Shown one piece after another: positions 17,318 through 27,658 of a DNA stretch of 64,000 nt. Origin of the DNA: Candidatus Woesearchaeota archaeon (GTDB lineage: Archaea; Nanobdellota; Nanobdellia; Woesearchaeales; SKIA01); the NCBI GenBank assembly GCA_046704725.1, contig JBJKRI010000004.1:64001-128000 (forward strand). The letters are read 5' to 3'. How positions within the stretch are numbered: position 1 is the stretch's first letter; every line of letters starts with the position of its first letter. Under the pieces are notes generated by a model that had not been told where the DNA came from, made no database searches, and worked only from the letters and a program-made list of their open reading frames with translations. Made by a program: the position numbers and the translations under genes.

Positions 17318-18550
17318 TCAGTCGAGCCGCTCGCCATCGCGGAGAACGCCATAGCCGATGAGACGGAAGCGCGTGCCCGTCCGGCGGCTGATCGTGACGC
17401 GGTCGCCAACGTCGGCACACACAGGCTTGCGCAAAGAAACCGTGATGCGGTCCTTGCCCAACTCGGTGACCACGCCGACAGTCGCGGCGCTGTGCACATT
17501 GAGCATGAGCAATTCCTTGAGCTTGAGCGGTTCCACAGCAATCGATTCCTCGCTGCCCACGACCCGATCGAGCAATTTGACCTCGAGCTGCATGGAATAC
17601 CAGACGGGCGGCAGCTTGCCCGGAAGGCCGACGACAGAGCCGACAAGAGTGTCGGATTTCACGAGGCCAGGGTCCAAGGAAGTCATCATGGCCGAGGACC
17701 CGCCAGGAGTGAGTTCGGAGACCTGCTTGCCGCCAGCCATAAGCGACAACACACGGGCGCGCAAAGGCTTGGCCACCTGACGGTTCGCCTCCTCGACGAT
17801 ACGACCAGGACGGACCTCCACGTCAATATCCGCGGAGAATGAGCCGGACACGACGGCACCACCGAGCACACCACCCTTGAGTTTGGATGGGACGGTACCA
17901 GGCCGATTGATATCAAAGCTGCGCGCGACGAAGAACTGCGGGGCCGCCTTGCTATCACGCTTGGGAGTCGGGATATGCGTCTGGATCGTGTCGAGCAGCA
18001 AGTCGATATTCACGCCCTTCGCCGCGCTGATCGGCACGATCGGAGCGTCCTTGAAACGCGTCTCGGACAAGAAGGCGCGGATCTGCTCATGGTTCTTCTC
18101 GGCACGCTCCGCCGAGACGAGATCGATCTTGTTCTGCACGACAATCACGTTCTGGATGCCTGCGATATCAAGAGCCATGAGGTGCTCGACGGTCTGCGGC
18201 TGCGGGCAATGCTCGTTCGCTGCGACGAGCAGTATCGCGCCGTCCATGAGCGAGGCGCCGGCGAGCATCGTCGCCATGAGGCTCTCGTGGCCAGGAGCGT
18301 CGATGATGGATATCGACCGGACCGGCTCGGTCTTCTTGGCACCGACCTTCTCCTCGACGGTCCACCGCTCGACACCCTTCTTGCCAGGGATCTCACGGAT
18401 GGTCGCGTCAGCGTAGCCGAGACGGATAGTGATGCCGCGCTTGAGCTCCTCAGAGTGGGTGTCCGTCCACCGGCCCGACAAGCGTTGGGTCAGCGTCGTC
18501 TTCCCATGGTCCACATGGCCCACAAGACCGATATTCACTTCCGGCTGCAT
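17318..18550 (-). CDS. eif2g: Translation initiation factor 2 gamma subunit
   Basis: GHVDHGKT, RGITIRLGYA, DAPGH, NKID. Confidence 0.97.
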   Translation of the reverse strand: MQPEVNIGLVGHVDHGKTTLTQRLSGRWTDTHSEELKRGITIRLGYADATIREIPGKKGVERWTVEEKVGAKKTEPVRSISIIDAPGHESLMATMLAGASLMDGAILLVAANEHCPQPQTVEHLMALDIAGIQNVIVVQNKIDLVSAERAEKNHEQIRAFLSETRFKDAPIVPISAAKGVNIDLLLDTIQTHIPTPKRDSKAAPQFFVARSFDINRPGTVPSKLKGGVLGGAVVSGSFSADIDVEVRPGRIVEEANRQVAKPLRARVLSLMAGGKQVSELTPGGSSAMMTSLDPGLVKSDTLVGSVVGLPGKLPPVWYSMQLEVKLLDRVVGSEESIAVEPLKLKELLMLNVHSAATVGVVTELGKDRITVSLRKPVCADVGDRVTISRRTGTRFRLIGYGVLRDGERLD

Positions 18551-18580
18551 GGTGCGGCCAACGAGGGCCCTGTTATAAAA

Positions 18581-18985
18581 CTATGCTTGGTCCGCGGGAG
18601 CCGCTTCTCCCTCCTCGGCGGCTGCAGGAGCCTCCACCAAGGGTTTGGGGCCGGCCTTGACGATACGGACATTGAGCTGCGCGGTGCGCTCGCCGACCGT
18701 GTTGCCGCAGACAGTCTTCCGGATACGGATGCCCTTGCGCTTGGGCCTGAAACCAACCCCTCCGGCGAGCAATACCTTCCGGCGGGCGGTGCCATTGACA
18801 TCGGTCCGCATGGGGAAACCCGCATTGTCGGAACCTCCCGTGATACGGAAGACGTATCCAGTGCGGTCGATGAGCTCTCCCTTGAATTCCTCTCCGAGAT
18901 GCTTGCCGTACAACGGCTTTCCCTCGGGCAACGACAACGTGACGCTCTTTCCGGACGCGTCACCAACAGTCAGCTTGATCTCCAT
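18581..18985 (-). CDS. rps6e: 30S ribosomal protein S6e
   Basis: ITGGSDNAGFPMR, RKTVCGN. Confidence 0.95.
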   Translation of the reverse strand: MEIKLTVGDASGKSVTLSLPEGKPLYGKHLGEEFKGELIDRTGYVFRITGGSDNAGFPMRTDVNGTARRKVLLAGGVGFRPKRKGIRIRKTVCGNTVGERTAQLNVRIVKAGPKPLVEAPAAAEEGEAAPADQA

Positions 18986-19049
18986 AGTAGTCCTCCGAGG
19001 CCTTTTTCATCCTCAGTGATTGACAGGACACCGCTGTCATTCAAAAAGA

Positions 19050-19853
19050 CTATGGTTGGCCGCTCGGCGTGAAGACAGAGTCAGAGACGCCCAAGGAGAT
19101 GCCTGTGAAGGTATAGAGCCGGTCGCTGAACTGCACTTTGAGCGGCAGGCCAGAATAGGTGTCCGCCCACAGCTCGACGGGCTGGCCGTCAATATCACCC
19201 TTCAGATGATAGACCTGCCGCGAATCATAGGTCTCTGTAGTGCCAACGATCGTGGCGTTCGTGAACGAAGAGAGCATGCTCAACGGCGATGCGAGCTGCG
19301 CGGCCGAATACGGCAGCGCGATGGGCGAGAGATTGCCGCAGCCCACACAATATCCGGTGGACGTGTTTGTCTTCATATTCGCGACAAGGCGCGTCATCTG
19401 CCGAGAAGAACCGGCGACATAGGTCTTTCCGGGGAAATCAATCGCGATTTGCGGCGGCTTGACGCTTACGCGCGCGGCGCCATAGACACCGGCAGCCTGG
19501 ATACCGCCGCTATAGAGCTGATAGAGGTAGGAATAACCGTTCGCGGTCTTGTTGTGCGCTCGGAGAAGCAATTGGACAGGAGACCAACCCGCAGGAGCCG
19601 TCGCGGTCTGGTTGCTGCCGAACAACTGCTGGGTCGGATTCGTCTGCGCGGGAGCCGGCGGAGGCGTCGGCGTTGGTTGCGACGGGGTGGTCGTCGTCGT
19701 GTTCTGCACGGGCGCGGGAGCCGGCTGAGCCGGGCACTGCGAAGCGTTCGCGACGACAGAACCGTCCGGACAGACGATAGAATGCTGCACTGGTTGGCAT
19801 GCCGCGAGGGCGAGCATGATCCCGAGGAATCCGACGAGCCACAGGGTGCGCAT
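19050..19853 (-). CDS. Putative lipoprotein with P/T-rich linker and LolA-like C-terminal domain
   Basis: Lipobox LAAC; CPDG..CP; ELWADTYSGLPLKV...VSDSVFTP ending. Confidence 0.6.
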   Translation of the reverse strand: MRTLWLVGFLGIMLALAACQPVQHSIVCPDGSVVANASQCPAQPAPAPVQNTTTTTPSQPTPTPPPAPAQTNPTQQLFGSNQTATAPAGWSPVQLLLRAHNKTANGYSYLYQLYSGGIQAAGVYGAARVSVKPPQIAIDFPGKTYVAGSSRQMTRLVANMKTNTSTGYCVGCGNLSPIALPYSAAQLASPLSMLSSFTNATIVGTTETYDSRQVYHLKGDIDGQPVELWADTYSGLPLKVQFSDRLYTFTGISLGVSDSVFTPSGQP

Positions 19854-19903
19854 GGGGTTAATGGGCAGCAGGTATTTATTAATGCTTCGCGCGTCCGGAG
19901 CGC

Positions 19904-20833
19904 ATGGCATTCGAGAGCGTTCCTGCAGTACCTGATGCGGAGAAGCTGCTCGCTCGCGCGCTACGCCAAGCACGATCCGTGCGGATAGAACGAAAGAAGA
20001 GCGACACCGCGCTGATCTTCGCTCGGAAACGGACGCGAGAACGGCTCACAGCCGTCGCTGACGCGCTCCGCACAGCTCTATCGAACATCCCCAAGCAGTT
20101 CCCGAGCGTGGACGGTCTCAATGAGTTCTACCGGGAGCTCATCGCCACGCGGATCGACCTTGACGCGTACCGGCAACGGCTCGGACGCATACAGAACGCC
20201 GCAACCGTGGTGGGCGGGCTGCGAAAGACCTATAGGGGACGCATCGAGGCGGCTCCGACAGTGGAGGCGATCCGCACCGCCGAAAGAGCCTTCCATGGAC
20301 GATGCGCGTCGGTCGTCAAACGATTGGACAGCGCGTTCTCCTGGCTCTCCGACGTGCGGGAGATGTTCCGCTCGCTGCCAACGGTAAAGGAGCGGTTCAC
20401 GGTCTGCATCGCAGGCTTCCCCAACGTGGGAAAGAGCACGCTCTTGGCGGCGCTCACCGGCGCGAAGGCTGAGGTCAAGGACTACGCGTTCACCACGAAG
20501 GGTCTGAACCTAGGCTATTCGCGCCTCGGGCGGACGAACATCCAATTCGTCGATACACCAGGAACGCTCAACCGAGACCGCATGAACCCGATCGAACTAC
20601 AAGCGCACCTCGCCCTGAAATACCTCGCCGACAGCATCGTCTACGTCTACGACCCGACAGACACGTATCCACTCGCAGAGCAGAAAGCGCTACGCGAAGC
20701 GATGGACGCATACGGGGTGCCGGTCATCGAGTACGTATCGAAAACGGACCTCAAGCCACAGACCAGTCTCAGCAAAGGCCGTGCCACAAGCGTCGAAGCG
20801 TTGAGAGAAGCGATACGCGAGCGAACGGTCTAG
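19904..20833 (+). CDS. NOG1 family GTPase
   Basis: GFPNVGKS, YAFTTK, DTPG, N.IE.QA..AL. Confidence 0.92.
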   Translation: MAFESVPAVPDAEKLLARALRQARSVRIERKKSDTALIFARKRTRERLTAVADALRTALSNIPKQFPSVDGLNEFYRELIATRIDLDAYRQRLGRIQNAATVVGGLRKTYRGRIEAAPTVEAIRTAERAFHGRCASVVKRLDSAFSWLSDVREMFRSLPTVKERFTVCIAGFPNVGKSTLLAALTGAKAEVKDYAFTTKGLNLGYSRLGRTNIQFVDTPGTLNRDRMNPIELQAHLALKYLADSIVYVYDPTDTYPLAEQKALREAMDAYGVPVIEYVSKTDLKPQTSLSKGRATSVEALREAIRERTV

Positions 20834-21393
20834 AGACGGATATGCGTCTTGCTCGGCGCGTTCGAGCCGGCAGAGACCTGCTCGACGATGATGTAATAGT
20901 CGTTCGGCAACTTGGTGGAGATGACGCGCAAGGCTTCCTTGGCGACCTGGAGGTCCTTCTCCTCGACGCCGATCTCGAAGACCACATCTCCCCGATGGAC
21001 CTGCGTGGCCACACCAATAGGCTTTCCGAAGCTCTTCTTCATGCCGGTCGACAAGCGGTCGGCTCCCGCGCCGGACGCGAGCGCGTTCTCACGGAGCACA
21101 TGGTGCGGAATCCTGTGGCATCGGAAGAAGAAGCCTGTCTTGCCGAGCTTGGCCTCGAGCCGACGGTTGGCCGACATACGGCTCGCCTCGAGCGCGTTAT
21201 GACGGATCTGGAGGTCTGTCTTGGACACGAGCTTCACCGAGAACGGGAACGTGCGGGAGCGATCCCCCATCACGAAACGAACCATCTTGGAGTGCGGATT
21301 CCCTCGCACGTACATGTATCGGCGGTACTTGCTCTTGCGCGTGTACGGGCGCTCCAAGCGGCGATACGCGACGAATTTCCGGTCTCGTGCCAT
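20830..21393 (-). CDS. rpl10e: 50S ribosomal protein uL16 (L10e)
   Basis: QIRHNALEASR, GAGADRLSTGMKKSFGKP. Confidence 0.96.
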   Translation of the reverse strand: MARDRKFVAYRRLERPYTRKSKYRRYMYVRGNPHSKMVRFVMGDRSRTFPFSVKLVSKTDLQIRHNALEASRMSANRRLEAKLGKTGFFFRCHRIPHHVLRENALASGAGADRLSTGMKKSFGKPIGVATQVHRGDVVFEIGVEEKDLQVAKEALRVISTKLPNDYYIIVEQVSAGSNAPSKTHIRL

Positions 21394-21488
21394 GCTTCGC
21401 GGAAGCACGGAACCGTTTATAAAGTTACTGGCGGGGTCCCATACGTTCTTGAACCCCTAGCCATTCCCTGGACAGGATAGGCGAAGCC

Positions 21489-24428
21489 ATGGTCGAACGA
21501 CTCGAAACGCCGTACACCGAGAGCGAGATACTGGCAAGTCTGACCCCGATCGTGCGCGACTGGTTCTTGGAGCGGTTCACCACGTTCTCGCCACCGCAAC
21601 GATACAGCATCCTCAATATCAAGCGGCGCAAGAACACGCTCATCAGCAGTCCGACGGGAAGCGGAAAGACCTTGAGCGCATTTCTCGCAATCCTCGATGA
21701 TCTCATACGGGACTCCTTGGACGGACGTCTCGAGGACAAGGTCTACTGCGTGTACGTCAGCCCCCTCAAGGCGTTGGGAAACGACATCGAGAAGAACCTC
21801 TCGCGGCCGCTGCAAGAATTGCAGGAACGAGCCGGAAGGGATCTTGGGATCCGTGTGGGGATACGGACGGGCGACACGCCAGCGCACGAGCGTTCGCGCA
21901 TGCTCAAGAGACCCCCGCATATCCTCATCACCACGCCGGAATCGCTCGCGATCATGCTCACGAGCCCGAAATTCTCGACGCTCCTGCACGGCATCGACTG
22001 GGCGGTGATCGACGAGGTGCACGCGTTGGCGGAGAACAAGCGCGGCACCCAGCTCGCGCTGGTGCTCGAACGGCTCTCCGCACAGACGTTCTACACGCGT
22101 ATCGGGCTATCAGCGACGGTCGCTCCCCTCGAGGACGTGGCGGAGTACCTCGTCGGGCTTGAGGGCGGCGATCCCCGACCGTGCGACGTCGTGGACGTGA
22201 ACTATGAGAAAGACTTGGACATCGAGGTCCTCAGTCCTGTGGACAATCTCATCGCGACCACGCACGCCCAACTGCTGGACAAGCAATACGCGTTGCTCGA
22301 CCGGCTCGTGCAGGAGCACCGCACCACGATCATCTTCACGAACACGCGCGCCGCGACAGAACGTGTCGTCCACCAACTGAAGAGACGATACCCATCGCAC
22401 TACACCGACACCCTCGCGACCGTGGATGATGCGAGCGACGAGAGCGGGGATATCCGCACGACCATCGCCGCGCATCACGGCAGCCTCAGCAAGGAACACC
22501 GACTGGCCGTGGAGGAGCAGCTGCGTCGCGGACAACTGCGCTGCGTCGTGTCGAGCACGTCCCTCGAGCTGGGGATCGATATCGGCTTCGTGGACCTGGT
22601 CATACTGCTCGGCAGCCCGAAGAGCGTCGCGCGAGCCCTCCAACGCATCGGCCGTTCCGGTCACCGAATCCACGACACGGCGAAAGGGCGCATCGTCGTC
22701 CTCGACAGGGACGACCTCGTGGAGTGCAGCGTGCTGGCGCGCGAAGCGCTCAACAGGCACATCGATCGTATCCACATCCCTGAAGGGGCGCTCGACGTGC
22801 TCAGCCAGGAAATCTACGGCATCGCGATACAGCGACGCATCAGCATCCAGGAGCTGTATTCCCTCGTGACCGGCGCGTACCCGTACCGCCACCTCTCCCG
22901 GACCGACCTGCTGTCGGTGATCCGGTATCTCGCAGGAGAGTTCGCCGCGCTCGAGGAGCGCCATGTGTACGCGAAGATCTGGTACGATGAGAACGAGGGG
23001 ATGATCGGTCGGAAAGGACGCCTCGCGCGCATGCTCTACAGCACGAACGTGGGCACGATCCCCGACCAGACGGATGTCGTTGTCAAGCTCGGCGGCGTGC
23101 CCATCGGCAGTATCAGCGAGCCATTCCTGGAGAGCCTCAAGACCGGAGATGTATTCGTCCTGGGAGGAGAGGCCTATCAGTTCCGATACAGCAGAGGAAT
23201 GACGGCCCAAGTCACTGTGGCCGACGGTCGCCGTCCAACAGTGCCCTCGTGGTTCTCGCAGATGCTCCCCTTGTCGTACGACCTGTCGATAGCGGTGCAG
23301 GAGTTCCGCGGCCACCTCGAGGAGCTTTTTCGTCAGGACGCTGCAGACGACCGGGCCCTCGCATGGATACAGAGCTTCGTCCCCGTGGACGATAACGCGG
23401 CCAAGAGCATCCTGGAGTACGCGCGCCAACAATACTTGTACGCGCGCATCCCCACACGGCACCGGCTGGTCGTCGAGCATTTCTCCGACCACAACACCAA
23501 GTACGCCATATTCCACTCCTTGTACGGCAGGCGCGTCAACGACGTGCTCTCTCGCGCTCTGGGATACGCCTTGGGAAGAATCGGGGCTGGCGATGTGGAG
23601 ATCGGGCTGTCCGACAATGGCTTCTACCTGCGCTACAAGCGAGCCGTCCCGGTCATGCGGGGCTTCCGTCTGCTCCATGCGTCAGAATTGCGGGATGTCA
23701 TGGAGCGGGCGCTCGAGCGCACGGAGGTCTTGCTGCGGCGCTTCCGGCACTGCGCGGGACGGAGCCTGATGATCCTGCGGAGCTACAAGGGGAACCGGAA
23801 GACCGTGGGCAGGCAACAAGTGTCCTCGAGACTGCTCATGGCTGCGGTCCGTCGCCTCAAGGAGGACTTCCCGATCCTGCGCGAGGCGCGTCGGGAGGTC
23901 CTTGAGGATCTCATGGATGTCGAGCACGCACGCGAAGTCCTCGCGATGATCGAGGAGCGCAACGTGCAGGTGGAGGAGATCACCACGGATGTCCCTTCGC
24001 CCTTCGCTTTCTCTCTCGTGCTCCAGGGATACGCGGACGTGATGCGCATGGAGGAGCGTCAGGAGTTCCTCCGTCGCCTGCACAGGGAGGTCCTCGCGAA
24101 GATGAGCCTGAGCAAGACCGCGGCGCAGCTCGCATCCGTGACGCGCCCAGAGGATTTCAGCTATGAGGAGGAATGGGAGCAGCACGAGACTCCGACACCT
24201 GACGAGGAGCGTGACACGCTCAAGCAATCACTCTACGAGGCGGCGCAGCGAGAGGACGTTCCCGCGCAGTACGTGTACGAGCTCCAACGCGTGATCGAAG
24301 GCGACCGAGATGGTTTCCCGGAACATTTCGTGCTCTGGCTGGACGGACTCTTGTCGAAGGACAGCGATTGGCCGGATAGGCTTCTCACATTCTTACGGGC
24401 GGCGGCGCCGGACCTCAATTGGCGTTGA
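21489..24428 (+). CDS. lhr: Lhr family ATP-dependent helicase (archaeal)
   Basis: SPTGSGKT, DEVH, SLELGIDIG, QRIGRSGH, PTVPSW. Confidence 0.93.
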   Translation: MVERLETPYTESEILASLTPIVRDWFLERFTTFSPPQRYSILNIKRRKNTLISSPTGSGKTLSAFLAILDDLIRDSLDGRLEDKVYCVYVSPLKALGNDIEKNLSRPLQELQERAGRDLGIRVGIRTGDTPAHERSRMLKRPPHILITTPESLAIMLTSPKFSTLLHGIDWAVIDEVHALAENKRGTQLALVLERLSAQTFYTRIGLSATVAPLEDVAEYLVGLEGGDPRPCDVVDVNYEKDLDIEVLSPVDNLIATTHAQLLDKQYALLDRLVQEHRTTIIFTNTRAATERVVHQLKRRYPSHYTDTLATVDDASDESGDIRTTIAAHHGSLSKEHRLAVEEQLRRGQLRCVVSSTSLELGIDIGFVDLVILLGSPKSVARALQRIGRSGHRIHDTAKGRIVVLDRDDLVECSVLAREALNRHIDRIHIPEGALDVLSQEIYGIAIQRRISIQELYSLVTGAYPYRHLSRTDLLSVIRYLAGEFAALEERHVYAKIWYDENEGMIGRKGRLARMLYSTNVGTIPDQTDVVVKLGGVPIGSISEPFLESLKTGDVFVLGGEAYQFRYSRGMTAQVTVADGRRPTVPSWFSQMLPLSYDLSIAVQEFRGHLEELFRQDAADDRALAWIQSFVPVDDNAAKSILEYARQQYLYARIPTRHRLVVEHFSDHNTKYAIFHSLYGRRVNDVLSRALGYALGRIGAGDVEIGLSDNGFYLRYKRAVPVMRGFRLLHASELRDVMERALERTEVLLRRFRHCAGRSLMILRSYKGNRKTVGRQQVSSRLLMAAVRRLKEDFPILREARREVLEDLMDVEHAREVLAMIEERNVQVEEITTDVPSPFAFSLVLQGYADVMRMEERQEFLRRLHREVLAKMSLSKTAAQLASVTRPEDFSYEEEWEQHETPTPDEERDTLKQSLYEAAQREDVPAQYVYELQRVIEGDRDGFPEHFVLWLDGLLSKDSDWPDRLLTFLRAAAPDLNWR

Positions 24429-24569
24429 CGCGCTTGAGGAATCGCGTGTACAAGAACAAAGCGAAGGCGAATATCCAGAACACCCACCAGGATATCCTTC
24501 CGAGTATCGCTCCGGTCACGCAGGCGATGAGCAGGACAGCGAGGACAGCAGCGATGATCGGTTGCGCCT

Positions 24570-24821
24570 TCATCCGACGAAGGCCACGTGTGTGAGGTGG
24601 AGGATGAGCACGAGGATGAAACCGACGATGCCTCCGATGGCCGTGATGAGGACCGACCAGACGTTTATCGTGAGCGTCGGGAGCACGAGCTTGGCCGCGA
24701 AAAGCGCGAAAAAGCCGATGACGCTGTTGACGGCGAGGATGAGGATCTTCTTGAGGACGAACGCGATGATGAGAACGATGATGAGCAAGACAACGATGAG
24801 CCCGATCTCAAGGAATGCCAT
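24570..24821 (-). CDS. Small membrane protein, BofA-like
   Basis: NSVIG, IN.WSVLI.AIGGIVG pattern; three TM segments. Confidence 0.65.
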   Translation of the reverse strand: MAFLEIGLIVVLLIIVLIIAFVLKKILILAVNSVIGFFALFAAKLVLPTLTINVWSVLITAIGGIVGFILVLILHLTHVAFVG

Positions 24822-24852
24822 ACAGAGGGTAAGGATGAACCTCCTTTAAAGC

Positions 24853-25248
24853 TTATCCGAGGTTCATCAGCCAGATCGCGTTGCGCAGGAGAACGCCGAG
24901 CACCTCTTGCTCGCCCGGCTGCAATCCCTTCGTAAAATCATCGGCACGCAAAACGACGGCGTTCTGCTGCCGGGAGACCCAGATCTTCGTGGATTCCCCT
25001 TGGAAGCTGTGGAAGAAGGAAGCCTCGTCGGTCGCCCCCGAGAGGACGCGCAGGATCTCACCGAGCTCCACATCAGCGAACTTCACATTCTTCCAGACCC
25101 ATGCGCCTTCGCTCTTGCGGCCCCACTTAAGGAAGGCCGCGTCCTTGCGCACCTGCACGGTGATACAGTTGTCCTTGCCGAAGAAGGCCTTATCAAGCAG
25201 CAGCGGCGGTGCGGAGACCGTTGCTTGGGGAGTGGTTGCGGCGTCCAT
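24853..25248 (-). CDS. Hypothetical protein, possible Whirly/PC4-like fold
   Basis: Duplicated beta-strands-plus-helix units: VKFADVELGEILRVL and KGLQPGEQEVLGVLL. Confidence 0.5.
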   Translation of the reverse strand: MDAATTPQATVSAPPLLLDKAFFGKDNCITVQVRKDAAFLKWGRKSEGAWVWKNVKFADVELGEILRVLSGATDEASFFHSFQGESTKIWVSRQQNAVVLRADDFTKGLQPGEQEVLGVLLRNAIWLMNLG

Positions 25249-25321
25249 GCCCGAGATATACAAAGACAGCATATAAAGGACGTCTCCATGCGTGTCCAGT
25301 GGCAAGACAGCTTTAATAAGC

Positions 25322-26797
25322 ATGTCCCACCCCGCGAGAAGCATGGAGGAGAAGATAAAGGCGGACAGGGAGAAGAAGCTCGCGTCCCTCGAGAAACAGA
25401 GCATCAACGCCTACCCGTACTCGTACGACGTCACCATGAGCACGGCCGCCATACGCAAGGAATACGCGGGTGCCAGCCACGTCCCGAGCGAGAAGAAAGT
25501 ACGAGTCGCGGGGCGTATCATGCTCTGGCGCCCGATGGGGAAACTCACTTTCGCGCAGATCCAGGACCGCTCCGGACGCATCCAGGTGCTCAGCAGCGAG
25601 AAGGACACCGCGGACTATGATCTGCTGTCGGATCTCGAGATGGGCGATATCATCGGCGTGGAAGGACCGGTCTTCCGGACGAAGACCGATGAGCTCACCG
25701 TCAAGGCCGAACGCGTGACAGTCCTGTCGAAGGCGATCGCTCCGATGCCGGAGAAGTTCCACGGCGTGCAAGAAACGGAGCTGCGCTACCGAAAGCGATA
25801 CCTGGATCTGCTCTACAACGAGAAGAGCAAGAACGTGTTCATCGCCCGCACGAAGATCGTCTCCGAGATACGCGCGTTCCTGGACGGCCAGGGATTCCTC
25901 GAGGTAGAAACGCCCATCCTCCAACAAGTCTATGGCGGAGCGAACGCCAAGCCGTTCACCACGCACCACAACACCCTGGACATGCAGCTCTACTTGCGCA
26001 TCAGCGACGAACTGTATCTCAAACGGCTCATCATCGGAGGCCTGGAACGCGTCTACGAGATATGCAGGAACTTCCGCAACGAGGGCATCGACACGACGCA
26101 CAACCCAGAGTTCAGCATGGTGGAATGGTACCAAGCGTACGCGGACTACAACACCATGATGGCAGAGACCGAAGAGCTCCTCGGACGCATCGCGAAAAAA
26201 CTCCATGGCAAGCAGCAGATCCGCTTCGGGGAGCACACCATCAATCTCAAGCCGCCGTTCCGTCGACTGACGATGCTCGACGCGCTGAAAGAGTACGCAA
26301 AGATTGACGCCGACAGCATGGACGAGAAAGAGATACTCGCGGAATGCGAGAAACGCCACGTGAAAGTCGCGCAACGGACCTGGGGACACGCGGTGCAGGC
26401 ATTGTTCGACGAGCTCGTGGAGGACAAGCTCGTCCAACCCACATTCATCATCGACTATCCATGGGAGGTGAGCCCGCTCACCAAGAAACACCGAAAGGAT
26501 CCACGGCTCGTGGAACGATTCGAGCTGTTCATCAGCGGCTGGGAGATCGCGAACGCGTACAGCGAACTCACCGACCCGCGCGACCAGCGCAAACGCTTCG
26601 AGCAGCAGGTCGCCGAGCGCGAGCACGGAGACGAGGAAGCGCACCCGATGGACGAGGACTTCATCGAAGCGATGGAGTACGGCATGCCCCCCACAGGCGG
26701 CATCGGCATCGGCATCGACCGGCTCGTCATGCTCATGACCGGCACAGAGAGCATCCGCGACGTCATCTTGTTCCCCACGCTGCGCGAGGAGAAATGA
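25322..26797 (+). CDS. lysS: Lysyl-tRNA synthetase, class II
   Basis: RYRKRYLDL, FRNEG...HNPEF, YGMPPTGG.G.GIDRL. Confidence 0.97.
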   Translation: MSHPARSMEEKIKADREKKLASLEKQSINAYPYSYDVTMSTAAIRKEYAGASHVPSEKKVRVAGRIMLWRPMGKLTFAQIQDRSGRIQVLSSEKDTADYDLLSDLEMGDIIGVEGPVFRTKTDELTVKAERVTVLSKAIAPMPEKFHGVQETELRYRKRYLDLLYNEKSKNVFIARTKIVSEIRAFLDGQGFLEVETPILQQVYGGANAKPFTTHHNTLDMQLYLRISDELYLKRLIIGGLERVYEICRNFRNEGIDTTHNPEFSMVEWYQAYADYNTMMAETEELLGRIAKKLHGKQQIRFGEHTINLKPPFRRLTMLDALKEYAKIDADSMDEKEILAECEKRHVKVAQRTWGHAVQALFDELVEDKLVQPTFIIDYPWEVSPLTKKHRKDPRLVERFELFISGWEIANAYSELTDPRDQRKRFEQQVAEREHGDEEAHPMDEDFIEAMEYGMPPTGGIGIGIDRLVMLMTGTESIRDVILFPTLREEK

Positions 26798-27186
26798 AAG
26801 GAACGCTGCACACGGACGGAGCGTGCTTCGGCAATCCCGGACCCATGGGCCTTGGGATCGTGCTGGAATACGACGGGAAGACCGTCGAGAAGAGCGTGCC
26901 GCACGGCGACGGCACGAACAACATCGCCGAATACAGCGCCCTCATCAAAGGGATGCAGCTCGCGAAGGAGAAGGGCGTTTCCGAACTGGAAGCGTACATG
27001 GACTCCGAGCTCGTCGTCCGACAGGTGAACGGCGAGTGGCGCGTCAAGGACGCGACGCTGCAAGAACTGCACGCGACCGTGCAACGATTGCGCAAGGACT
27101 TCGACTCTTTCTCTCTGAATCACGTGCGCCGCGAGAGGAACGCCCGCGCGGACGCATTGAGTAAGGCCGCAGCGATGCGGAACTAA
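26794..27186 (+). CDS. rnhA: Ribonuclease HI
   Basis: TDGA..GNPGP, TNNIAEY, DSELVVRQ, N.RADAL. Confidence 0.93.
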   Translation: MKGTLHTDGACFGNPGPMGLGIVLEYDGKTVEKSVPHGDGTNNIAEYSALIKGMQLAKEKGVSELEAYMDSELVVRQVNGEWRVKDATLQELHATVQRLRKDFDSFSLNHVRRERNARADALSKAAAMRN

Positions 27187-27223
27187 GCACAACAGATATA
27201 TTGCTGTAGATGAGAATCTGTAA

Positions 27224-27658
27224 GTGGATGATGACGAAAGATTCATGCGGATGGCTCTGAAAGAAGCCGAACAAAGCGCGTACCCTTATGGGGCTGTCCT
27301 TGTCGCGGATGGAAATGTCATCGCGAAAGCCGGTTCAGGAGGGGAATTCGATCCTACTGCGCACGCAGAGATGAATGTCATCCGCGCGGCATGCAGAAAA
27401 GCACGAAGCAATACTCTCCCGAACACCGTACTGTACGCTACATGCGAGCCGTGCGCCATGTGTTTCGAAGCCACGTGGCTAGCAGGCATATCCAGAATTG
27501 TCTATGGAATGTCCATCAAGGATTCCGCACAGGCGTTCCCGGAGATCCAGATATCCGCTAGACGTTTGAACGTGCTCGGGGGAGAACGGCTACTGATCGA
27601 ATCCGGAGTCCTCGCTGACGAGATTCTGGCAATATTCAAACAACGAACAGACAACTAG
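27224..27658 (+). CDS. Zn-dependent nucleoside/nucleotide deaminase (TadA/GuaD-like)
   Basis: DPTAHAE, EPCAMC; lower GC than neighbours. Confidence 0.85.
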   Translation: MDDDERFMRMALKEAEQSAYPYGAVLVADGNVIAKAGSGGEFDPTAHAEMNVIRAACRKARSNTLPNTVLYATCEPCAMCFEATWLAGISRIVYGMSIKDSAQAFPEIQISARRLNVLGGERLLIESGVLADEILAIFKQRTDN

